From Chiloscyllium plagiosum (Eukaryota), in contig NC_057718.1 in assembly GCF_004010195.1 (NCBI RefSeq), positions 32,088,752 to 32,130,597 of the forward strand: DNA of 41,846 nt, given 5' to 3'. Below, one piece after another: positions 1 to 10,873 of the stretch. The position numbers and the translations under genes are program-made. Under the pieces are notes generated by a model that had not been told where the DNA came from, searched no databases, and saw nothing but the letters and a program-made list of their open reading frames with translations. The stretch's first letter is position 1, and each line of letters begins with the position of its first letter.

Positions 1-722
1 AATCAATTTAGGTAAAGGGGCAGTACACCAGTCAATGAAGGCAAGCATGCAGGTACAGCAGGTAGTGAAGAAGGCTTACAGCATGCTGGCCTTCATAAAA
101 AAGAGGAATTGAGTATAGAAGTAAAGAGATGCTTCTGCCGCTGTATAGGGCCCTGGTGAGACCACACCTGGAGTACTGTGTGCAGTCCTGGTCTCCAAAT
201 TTGAGAAGAGACATTCTGGCTATTGAGGGAGTGCAGCGTAGGATCACGAGGTCAATTCCTGGAATGACGGGACTACGTTACGCTGAAAGACTGGAGCGAC
301 TCGGCTTGTATACCCTTGAGTTTAGAAGACTGAGAGTGGATCTGACTGAGACATATAAGATTATGAAAGGATTGGACACTCTGGCAGCAGGAAACATGTT
401 TCCGCTGATGGGTGAGTGCTGAACCAGAGGACACAGCTTAAAAATATGGGATAGACCATTTAGGACAGAGATGAGGAGAAACGTCTTCACCCAGAGAGTG
501 GTGGCTGTGTGGAATGCTCTGCCCCAGAGGGCAGTGGAGGCCCAATCTCTAGATTAATTTAAGAAAGAGTTGGATAGAATTCTCAAGGATAGTGGAATCA
601 AGGGTTATGGAGATAAGGCAGGAACAGGATACCGATTAAGGATGATCAGCCATGATCATATTGAATGATGGTGCATGCTCTAAGGGCAGAATGGCCTCCA
701 CCTGCACCTATTGTCTATTATC
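1..722 (+). mobile_element. CR1 LINE 3' fragment (RT C-terminus plus 3' UTR), running off the window edge
   Basis: ORF 129-422 LYRALVRPHLEYCVQSWSP...LERLGLYTLEFRRLR is the typical CR1 ORF2 C-terminus, followed by the RGHSLK/FTQRVV motif region and a 3' UTR ending in a tattgtctatt tail. Confidence 0.93.
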
Positions 723-1289
723 GTATTTTCACACCAGATTTCCCATCCATACTGCCTGCTGGGCAGTAATTTCACCAGTATCTTCCCATTCAACCCACAC
801 ATCCAGTAATAGCCTTGTGAAGTTTTGCCACCTGATCAGTTATCCCTGCCTGCCTGCCTATCCCCTTTCAGAAGGCTTGGTCCTTACTGACAAAGTCCTT
901 GCCGTCCATAACCTTATGATATATGATTGCATCAACATAATTCATGGAAGTGAAGTTGTGTTTGACAAGTCTGCCTGAGTGTTTTAGAATTACATCCACA
1001 CCCTTGGGCCCTGCAGTAACCCAGCCCATTTGAACCACATCATCAAACTACATTTTTTGGTGAGACCACGTTATATCAGTCGGTAATAATTGCATCATTG
1101 CTGTACTCTGCACTTCTCTACAGATGTTGAAGTCAAAATGAAGGAGTTTGAAGAATCAATGTTGCTACTAATGAGTGACTATGAAAAGTTATTCATCTTA
1201 TCATCTTTCTGACTTTGAATTCAACTAATTCCATATTCCACGAATTTCCGTATACTGTGATTTGCCCCTTTACTTTAACCATCCATCCA

Positions 1290-1560
1290 ATCTGTTTTAA
1301 AAGTATTGACATGACTTTTCTACCAGCGCTATACAAAATAAGTTTTCTGCTGCTCTCTCATAAATCTTGACCATTTAGTATTTTATCCACCTTCTTCCTT
1401 AGAACCCCATAAATTACTGAAAATGGTCTCAACCTATCAACACTGTCTCATTCTTTTGCAATTTTAAATAACTCTATCAATCTGACAGCTCCTCCCTTTC
1501 AATAGAAAGAACCCCAGCTGCTCACTGTTAATTCATGGAGCTAATCCCACTTTAGATAAT
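1290..1560 (-). mobile_element. Highly decayed CR1 3' fragment
   Basis: Loose resemblance to the reverse complement of the CR1 3' region (attttaaataactctatcaa...aaagaaccccagc); no ORF. Confidence 0.4.
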
Positions 1561-2154
1561 ATTACTTATGCTCCTTTATTTTGCTGGGTTCAATTACTCC
1601 TTTGAATCTCGATTCTTTTAGTGTCATCAGTAGTCTAAACAATAGTAACCTATGAATTAAAAGGTTTTGAATGTCATATTTTTAAATGTTTCAACCAAAA
1701 CAACTACATTTAATTCTGATATGACAAGGTAGTTCTGTCCTGGTGCAATCTTGCGTTATAAGTAAATTATGCAATACCGCACCATTTTAAACTAATGGGG
1801 CCGGCATCACATTATAGCCAGTACAGGTACATGTTGTACAAATACCGGTCTAAATTCTTCAATCTTGTTAAAGTCAAAACACATTGAAAAAACACGCATT
1901 ATAGTACAGCTGACTGTGCAGATAGTTCTCCCATAATACCATAGTTGTATGGCAGTGAAACCTCGCCTAATAGAAAGTTGCTTAATAGAAATAATGGAGT
2001 CTGTGGGAAAAAATAAAGTTGGAGCAGACCAACAAACAAAAATCACTCACAATCACTCAAAAATCAGCCAAACTTCTAGTGCAAAGTATCTAATGCAAGT
2101 ACCTCTCACAGAAAGCTGCTCTGTCAACTGCTGACATTGACCGACATGCATGAA

Positions 2155-3362
2155 GACCAGCACCAATGTCAGACACGTACAGAACAGCACAGACACCAGC
2201 GCATGCACAGAACAGCACGGACACCAGCGCATGCACAGACACCAGCGCATGCACAGAACGGCACAGACACCAGCGCATGGACACCAGCGCATGCACAGAC
2301 ACCAGCGCATGCACAGACACCAGCGCATGCACAGAACAGCACGGACACCAGCGCATGCACAGACCCCAGCGCATGCACAGAACGGCACAGACACCAGCGC
2401 ATGCACAGAACAGCATGGGCACCAGCGCATGCACAGAACGGCACAGACACCAGTGCATTCACAGAACGGCACAGACACCAGTGCATGCACAGAACAGCAC
2501 AGACACCAGTGCATGCACAGAATGGCACAGACCCTAGCGCATGCACAGAACAGCATAGACACTAGCGCATGCACAGAAAAACACAGATACCAGCGCAAGC
2601 ACAGAACAGCACAGACACCAGCGCATTCACAGAACGGCACAGACACCAGCACATGCGCAGAACAGCACGGACACCAATACATGCACAGAACAGCACGGAC
2701 ACCAGCACATGTGCAGAACAGCATGGACACCAGTGCATGCACAGAACAGCACGGACACTAGCGCATTCACAGAACAGCACGGACACTAGCGCATGCACAG
2801 AACAGCACAGACACCAGCACATGTGCAGAACAGCACGGACACCAATACATGCACAGAACAGCACGGACACCAGCACATGTGCAGAACAGCATGGACACCA
2901 GCGCATTCACAGAACAGCACGGACACTAGCGCATGCACAGAACAGCACAGACACCAGCACTTGCGCAGAACAGCACGGACACCAATACATGCACAGAACA
3001 GCACAGACACCAGCACATGTGCAGAACAGCACGGACACAAGCACATCTACAGAACAGCACAGGCACCAGCGCATGCACAGAACAGCACGGACAACAGTGA
3101 TTGCACAGGACAGCATGGACACCAGCGCATGTGCAGAACAGGACGGATGCCAGTGATTGTACAAGACAGCATGGACACCAGCGCACATACAGAAACATGT
3201 GGACACCAGCACATATGCAGAACAGCATGGACACCAGCGCACGTACAGAACCATGCGGACACCAGCGCATGTGCAGAACAGCATGGACACCATTGCATGT
3301 GCAGAACCATACAGAAACCAGCATATTTGCAGAACAGTGTGGATACTAGCACATGTGCAGAA
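2155..3362. repeat. Minisatellite, 28-bp unit (gcatgcacagaacagcacagacaccagc) with 18-bp deletion-variant units, roughly 40-45 units
   Basis: Directly visible tandem array; it explains the cluster of Cys/His/Thr-rich ORFs in all six frames at 2053-3441. Confidence 0.97.
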
Positions 3363-3840
3363 TGAAGCACATGAAGCAATCCCCACTGGCATTGCACTAT
3401 TGCCAATGGAGGTAAGCGTTCTTGAAAATACTGTTCCCTAATTCTTTGATGACTTTATAGCCAAAACATGTTGCCGAAAAGTGCATTATCCCAGAACCAC
3501 CTCTACCTTGTAATGCACTTAGCCTTTTCTGAAAACTTTAATCTCTGAAATCAGGTTCACAATTTTGCAGGCATACCAGCAAAATCGAGAAACGCAGAAC
3601 ATATTATGGAGGTTTCCTTTCATTATAGCCAAGGACGAGAGGTGCAGGTTGGTGGGATCGCTCTAAACTGCTGGTAAAAAAAATTGAAGTGGCTGTACTT
3701 TGATAATATTGATCATAGTGCAGGGGTGGAGGTGGGGAGGAGAGACAGAGATGGGGTCGGCACAAGTTATTTTGACCATCTGAAGGATACCTATCCCAGA
3801 ATGCAGAGGTAAAGCTTAGCATTGATGTTGAGAGTATGGA

Positions 3841-3903
3841 GGGAGGGGTGGGAACAATTTTGGGGGGTGGGGGGAGGTGCGGGGAGGAGGTGGGAGGTGG
3901 GGG
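3841..3903 (+). other. G-run cluster with G-quadruplex potential
   Basis: gggaggggtggg...ggggggtggggggaggtgcggggaggaggtgggaggtggggg: more than four G3+ tracts with short loops. Confidence 0.55.
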
Positions 3904-6900
3904 AAGTTGATAGCAGTAAGCAGTTTTTGTGTCTTATCTGTCAGATTGTTTTTAAGATGTCGGAGGTGAATCTGTTGGAAGAGTAATGATTTTAAATGCA
4001 AATCTAAAGCTCAGCTGGTGTGGGTGGATTCTGCTTTGACAGAAACATCTCAGTAATGAAATAACAACCGATCTTCTGGTAGGTGTTGGGAGTAAAACAG
4101 TCACCACTTTCTGGTACACACAGCAGATGATTGCTAACTGCCAGGAGAGTACATCAGCGGAACAGATGTATGCATGGCTTGGTGCCAAAGTGAATCAAAA
4201 AAATCAGTTGGAATTGAAGTGAATTTGGCTTGTGTTTCTCTCTGAGATCCACGCAGGATTGAAGCTGTCTTGCAATCTCCATGAGCCTCTAGGAATTGCT
4301 GCCTCGTCCTCTTTCCTGTTCCAGGACACTGGACAACCGCTGACCTATCTGACTATCACTTGTAATTGATTGTTTTGTAATGTTGTCTGCTACTACTTGT
4401 TCTTTTTCTCTTTGTTCCTATGCTGAAAATATGAAAAAAAACTGTACTCTTTGTTAAAATGCTAACACAATCAATACTAAACACAATCACTAGATATCAT
4501 TGATGACACTGTTACAAATGTTAAACAGTCTAGATGAACAGCTTTATCTTGTTCCAAATCACTCTGTTTTGCACGAACAAAGATAATATTGGGAACATTA
4601 CTCACAGATGACAAAGGAGATCTTTACTAATTGGAATCTGTGCTGCCCATACCACTCTCGCATTTTCAGTAATTTTCTGATTTGCCATCTCCTTACTGTT
4701 AGCTATCTCATTATCTTTGGAGAGATCATCTCTCAAAATGCTCCCTGAAAATCCCAAAGGTGGAACATCACCGAAATGGAGCAAAGAAGCTAGGAACGGG
4801 TCAGACCCATTTGCTATTGAACCGGGCTTTGCTTTGGTGGTTTAACTCAGCCAAGATGCTATCAAAGGGACAGTTTTCAATGAAGGGTACTCGGGACACA
4901 GCAACCACAGGAATAGGAAATCGGGGGAGGCTCTCTGAAGCGCTTGGAATCTTAGCTGGAAGAACTTCACAAGGGTGAGAGTGATTGAAGTGAGCTGATA
5001 TTTGCCCTGAAGAGGAGGAAGAAGGCAGTCTCGCAAACCCAAGTGGTGTCAGCCTAAAGTGGTTATGGAAGTGAGCTGCAGCAGTGTGGTCCATTGCAGT
5101 CAGTGCCACAAGAGGTTCAGAGATGTCGGTGAGGCAGGAAAGATAAACATGTCCTTTTCAGGTGCTAAGTCCCACCTTTGACTTGTTCATTATGCTCCCA
5201 GACAGCGCACACCCCCTGCAGCTCCACTCATTCCTCTCTTCCAAGGCAGCTCCTCACATATATGAACGCCCCACGCCCCATGCCTCAAAATCACCCTGCA
5301 CACATGTATCCTTTCTTCCTCTGTACCCAATCCAGTTCTCAAAAACACAACTCTCTGCTTTTTCTCCTTGAGACATGGGAGAGGCAGAGATCTGGGTGTG
5401 ATGAGGTGGTCCTGGATGTTGAGAAATTTGATGCTATGGTTATAGACTCTGTTGGGGTCACACTTCCCCGGAACTGGATCTCAATGGCCATGACCTCTGC
5501 ATTGTGGAGCAGCATGAGGCTGCTGCTCATGTTGCTGCTGAAGTTAGGGTAGTGTGGTCAAACCTCTTGCCACTCGGCAGAGTTTGTAGGTAAGTTGCAC
5601 GTGCTATTCCATGCCATGATAAAGCATGGAAATGCAGCTGAAGGTGAGTGAAGGACTAGAACAGTTGTAGCGCTTTCCAAGAAGTCGGAGATCAAGCACA
5701 GGAAGCACACTTCCAGAGGAAATGCTGTCAGCAACAATCTCCCCTTTGGCTGCAGACCTTCAGTTACCTGTTCAAAGTTTCTCCAGCCTGGTAGTTTCAG
5801 TTAGGAGGCACTCCAGCACTATAAACCTGCCTTTTGACTCCAGTGCATTGTAAACATTGGGAAAATCTTCTGCCAGCTATGAAATGGAATGCTGGGTTAA
5901 TTTAAAAGTGTTTACATGTTGTAATGACTTAGCTGGGAACTACAAGGGGGTTTTCCATTTCACTGCAATACTATATGGATTAAACCTGGAAATGAGTGAG
6001 ATCATGTCAGGCTCCTGACCCATTGCGTTTTTTTGAGCATTTAATCCCTCACTGACTCGTAAACCTGTCATTTCTTGGGCTGTTAAAACTGTGCCCCGAG
6101 AGATCAGTCTCTGATACAGCTGGCAGAAATATTCAAAGCATAGTCTGAACAGAATGTGATATAGTCTGATTATCATTTCCTGTTTTTTTATACAGTTGAA
6201 TATTTTGATGGTGTTTTTGATTGGTGCTATGACTGTTTAAGCATCTCTAATTCAACTCTTGGGTCTTTTTTCAACTTCGTCCTTAGGTGTTTCAGAAAAA
6301 TTCATGGAGTTTTATATCATCTGTAATCATAGCCAATTAAATTGGGTTTCTTAATTTAGCCCTCTATTTTAATTTAGGTAATGTCAAAGTGAGCATTAAA
6401 CTGTTCGACTTTCCCGTGTAGACTGAGGAGGTTTTTAATTTCCTGACACTTACTTCCGTCCATAGTTGGTGGAATGATATGAAGACTGGGAAAATGCGAG
6501 TCATAATATTTGGGGAGCCAAACTAACAATTTAGGTAAGGATTGGGAAACAACAGGGTTAGTGATGGTGGAGGTGGGGCGTGAATGCTCGGACAAGGTAG
6601 CTCGAAAGTATTTTTATGAGGCCAGAAAGGGAGCTCCTGTGCTTCTTGACTAACAAAACATATTTTTAAAAAATGACATTCAACCTACCGGGACCAACTG
6701 GAAGCAGGATCCTGACTGCTACCAATACTTGTTGTGTTTGAGGATGTACCAGTCCTTATGTGAGTGCATGGTTAAAATGGAGGGCACACCCTGATGACAT
6801 TATTTGATGTGGCTTTACCCACTGTGCAAAGCCCCACTTCTTTAGTCAGACAGCATTTCTATACCTGATTGTAAGCTAGAAAAGGTGATGGGAGTGGGAA

Positions 6901-7367
6901 CCTGTCATGAAAGTGGTACAAATGTTCACAGTCATTTTAGCTGACTGCCTGCAGAGTTACTGACCAATTAAAATTCATTCTTTGAGATAATTAATGTAAT
7001 TGAGAAACAGTAATGGCCTGAAACCAGATCATCTCATCATTTCACTTATTACTTCCCATTCCTCTGAAACCTCATCCAACAGTTACTTGAAGTTTTCTAG
7101 CTTTCAGCCAACTCGTTATTAATACCCAACATTTACACTCAATCTCCACAGCTTTGAGTCAACACATAATCTTTGAAGCGGAACTGTTGTCAAATGTCTT
7201 TTGAAAGTCATAAACATTTCATAGAACCATGCTTCGCTTCACTTCACACATTTGGCTGCTTCAAGAGCCACACGTGAAATGCATTTGCCTTCCTGCTTGA
7301 CCTATTTTATTTGATATTTCAAGCATTTATCACTTTTCTTTTTATCTCTGATAGTTATGTTGGCATT

Positions 7368-8057
7368 GTACCCTGAAGGTTGCTGCACAGGTGGATAGAG
7401 TGGTCAAGAAGACATATAGTATGCTTGCCTACTATATTGAGTTAAGAGCTGGCAAGTCATGTTAAAATTGCACAACACATTGGTTCTGTCGCATTTAGAA
7501 TACTGTGTACAGTTCTGGTTGCCACATTACCAAAAGGATGTGGGCGCTTTGAAGAGGGTGCAGAGAAGGTTTATGAGGATGTTGCCTGGTATGGAAGGTG
7601 CTAGATAGCTAGGTTGAGAGGTTGAGTAGGTTAGGTTTATTTTCACTAGAAAAAGGAGATTGAGGGGAGACCTGATTGACGTTTACAAAATCATGAAAGG
7701 TATAGACAGGATGGATAGAGACTAGCTATTTCCCAGGGTGAAGGATTCAATAACGAGAGGTCATGCTTTCAAGGTGAGAGGTGGAAGGTTTAAGGGGAAT
7801 ACACGCGGCAAGTACTTCACACAGAGAGTGGTGGGCGTTTGGAACGTGTTGCCAGCAGAGGTGGTAGAGGCAGGCACGGTAGATTCATTTAAGATGCGTC
7901 TGGACAGATGTACGAGCAGGTGAGGAGCAGAGGGATACAAATGCTTAAGAATTGATCGACAGGTTTAGGCAGTACATTTGGATCGGCTCAGGCTTGGAGG
8001 GTCGATGGGCCTGTTCCTGGGCTGTAAATTTTCTTTGTTCTTTATTCTTGTTCTTTG
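7368..8057 (+). mobile_element. CR1 LINE 3' fragment
   Basis: LEYCVQFW motif at ~7495-7520, ORF 7738-7923 TRGHAFKVRGGRFK...FTQRVVGVWNVLP, and a 3' UTR ending in a ttctttg-type microsatellite tail. Confidence 0.92.
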
Positions 8058-8244
8058 AACCCAGGTGATAGTTGAGTGCATGGCAGTAATGCTGCTTACC
8101 TGGGTTGTGGAAGTCTAGAAATTGGCCCTCCCTTCATTTTAATCACTTCTCATAATGTATGGGATATCCTGTTCAGCAGAAAAAAACTTCCATCTCAGAA
8201 CCTATTAAACCCAAAGGGAGTAAGTTATCTTCGATCCTGAAGGA

Positions 8245-8902
8245 TTGCTAAGAGGCAAAGGCTTAGAGGAACCGAGAGATCTTGAGATGCTGGGCCACAG
8301 ATCCCAGAAGGTGGCAGGACAGGTTAATAGGTTGCTTAAGAAGGTGTACGGATCACTTGCCTTTATCAGTCATGGTGTAGGGAGGTCATGCTGGATCTGT
8401 ACACAACTTTTGTTAGGCCACAGCTAATTGCCACAATGTAGGAAGGATGTGATTGAACTGGAGTAGGAATAGGGGAGATTCACCAGGATGTTGCTTGAGA
8501 AGGAGTATTTCAGCTATGAAGAGAGAGGCTGGATATGCTTGTCTTGGGTTATTTGGAGCACAGAAGGCTGATTGAAGCATATAAGATTGTGAGGGGCATG
8601 GGCAGGGTGAGTAGGAAGCAGCAGCTCTCCTCTGGAGAAGAGTCAATAATGAAGGGCCATATTTTAAGGTGAAGGGCAGGAGGGTATTTGAGGAGAACTT
8701 TTTTTCACCCAGAGTTTGTGGGAATGTGGCATGTGCTGCCTGGAAGGGTAGATGAGGCAGGAAACTTCACAACACTTTAATGAGTACTTGAAATTACATA
8801 ACATTCAAGGCTATGGACCAAGGCTGAGAAGTGAAACTAATTTAGCTTGATCCAGTGAAGACTTGATGAGCTGAAAGGCCTCTTTTGTATTGTATGACTC
8901 TA
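8245..8902 (+). mobile_element. Older CR1 LINE 3' fragment
   Basis: Degenerate RDLEML..HRSQKVAGQVNR..KK.YG.LAFI, tttttcacccagag motif, tail gtattgtatgactcta. Confidence 0.8.
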
Positions 8903-9386
8903 ATAGGTATTCTAAGTTCCAGGACGATTCTTCAGTGGCCTGCATTGCTTGTTTTGAGTTTTGTTACCTGTCATATTCACCACCAGAGAAGACTAACTGG
9001 GAAGATTGGACAAGCTGTCCCAGAATAATAAACATTGATCCTGAGCACCCCAGTTATACTGAGTCCCAAGTTCTCACTGAAGGGAAAACTGATGTATTAC
9101 TTTAGTCTTTTAGCCTGTGAGAAATGTCACCTTGAAGCTCTCAAATTAAAACTTCCCTCCCGATTACTGAAAGCTTCCTCTGAGTTTGAAGGCCATTGCT
9201 TGATTATGAATGCACTATTGGTCTGAAATCCTCTCTGAGGGAATGAACAGGACTGCAGCCATCTCAATCTGTAATCACCTCGTGATATTTGCAGAGACTC
9301 CATTCTTCCCTGAGGAAGTTTGACATAAACTTGTTCAAAATTCTCAGGTAAACGGAAGACTGTGTTATCGAGTTTATTATGACGTA

Positions 9387-9728
9387 CAGGAAGTCCCTGG
9401 GTTATGAACGAGTTCTGTTTTTAAGTCTGTTCGTAAGTCGAATTTATATGTAAGTTGGAAGATGGTTCACATCTAGCGTCAATTAGTCAAATGCTTGACT
9501 TAGTATATATTTTACCTAAAACATCTTAAATATAATATTTATTATATTATAAATATAATCGTTCCTCGGCCGACGAACCACTGAAAACACGCAGTGTTTT
9601 GAGCGTCGTGCAAAGTAGTCTGCCCGTTCATTAGTACGAACCATTTTATGTAACTCGATTTTTAAAAATAATAGGCTTTACGCAGGTCGGTTTGTAAGTA
9701 TGGGCGTTCATAAGTTGGGGAAAGCCTG
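9387..9728. mobile_element. Non-autonomous Tc1/mariner (Tigger/pogo-like) MITE, 342 bp
   Basis: TA at 9385-9386 and 9729-9730. Left end caggaagtccctgggttatgaacg; right end reverse complement caggctttccccaacttatgaacg (24-bp imperfect TIR). Subterminal gttcgtaagtcg-like repeats and an AT-rich core. Confidence 0.85.
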
Positions 9729-10174
9729 TATTCGCAATGGACACTTCGCAAACTGAATCTCAAACTGTTGTTCATAGTAACTGTTCAATCAGTGGTACCA
9801 TTGAAATAAAGAGAGCCAAGCTAAATGACCTTGGTGACAAATTTCAGTTTCAGTTTAAATACTTTTATCAATGGGCTTTAATTATCCCCTTGAATTTTAA
9901 TACATCGCTATAATGGTTTCTGTGGAACTGCTCCCCTTCCTCAAGGCACCTGCTCCTTCTACACAATACAAGCTTTAAAAACCAGAGCATGGTATTGCCT
10001 CACCATGACTTCCCAATTTTCATTGCCTTTTCTCCAAACCTTTCAACCTCGCTGGTGTCCTTTACAGTGGGCCTTGCAATTTGCCTTGATTATTAATAAA
10101 ACACTTTTTCCTGCAAATCAAAAATAAATTTAAGAAAGCGGTGTTTATCAAGTTGAAGAGGGTGACTACATATT

Positions 10175-10470
10175 TTAGATTACATTACAGTGTGGAAACA
10201 GGCCCTTCGGCCCAACAAGTCCACACTGACCCACCGAAGCGTAACCCACCAACCCACCCATACCCCAACATTTACCCCTTACCTAACACTACAGGCAATT
10301 TAGCATGGCCAATTCACCTAACCTGCACATCTTTGGACTGTGGGAGGAAACCCACGCAGACACGGGAGAACTTGCAAACTCCACACAGTCAGTCGCCTGA
10401 GGCGGAAACTGAACATGGGTCTCTGGCGCTGTGAGGCAGCAGTGCTAACCACTGTGCCACCGTGCCACCC
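10175..10470 (-). mobile_element. tRNA-derived V-SINE (HE1-like shark SINE), near full length
   Basis: The minus strand begins gggtggcacggtggcacagtggttagcactgctgcctcacagcgccag (tRNA-like head with A box), continues through V-domain-like tgtgtggagtttgca...tgcgtgggtttcctcccacagtccaaagatgtgcagg, and ends in a CR1-like tail gggcctgtttccacactgtaatgtaatctaa. Confidence 0.88.
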
Positions 10471-10873
10471 ACCAATGCAGTTGATGGAGCAGATGGGGTG
10501 ATTCACATGGAACAAAATGCTGATGATTAATTTTGTGGATTGTCCTTTGGGTGAAAAAAATGTAAAAAATGTAAAATGTTACGCTCTTGAAAGAACTTAT
10601 TGATTTTCCTTCAGTCTTGTTTGCTGGCCTTCTAGTGTTTCTAGTGAGACATATCGCCAGCAGGGAACATTCCCTCTTCGTATTACGTGTGGTGAAATGA
10701 CAAACACATTTATAAAGAATGTGCTTTTCATTTATTAGCTCCCAGTGACATGCAACAAAAATCTTCCTTGTTGCCTAATTAAGTACTTCTTTGTGAGTAG
10801 TGTTGATAGCTACTTAGACATTAATATGATTCTTAATGATATTTGGAGAAGACAAAAATGTAACAGTTTTTTT

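Noticed and set aside
1124..1185. Strong-looking acceptor (cacttctctacAG) followed by DVEVKMKEFEESMLLLM
   Set aside because: No match to PKC-epsilon or any protein I recognise, and no convincing donor; likely a pseudo-exon.
2053..3441. Many long overlapping Cys/His/Thr-rich ORFs and a CRISPR-like periodic appearance
   Set aside because: They come from a largely stop-free 28-bp tandem repeat. There are no unique spacers or cas genes, and the context is vertebrate.
4740..5960. GC-richer blocks (also ~6490-6790, 14780-15390, 18170-18900, 19600-20330, 21200-21560, 35800-36470, 39760-40610) resembling old non-autonomous DNA transposons
   Set aside because: Probably ancient Harbinger-like relics, but I could not define TIRs or TSDs, so they are not called as features.
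10400..10470. tRNA-like sequence on the minus strand
   Set aside because: It is the SINE head and does not form a complete cloverleaf.
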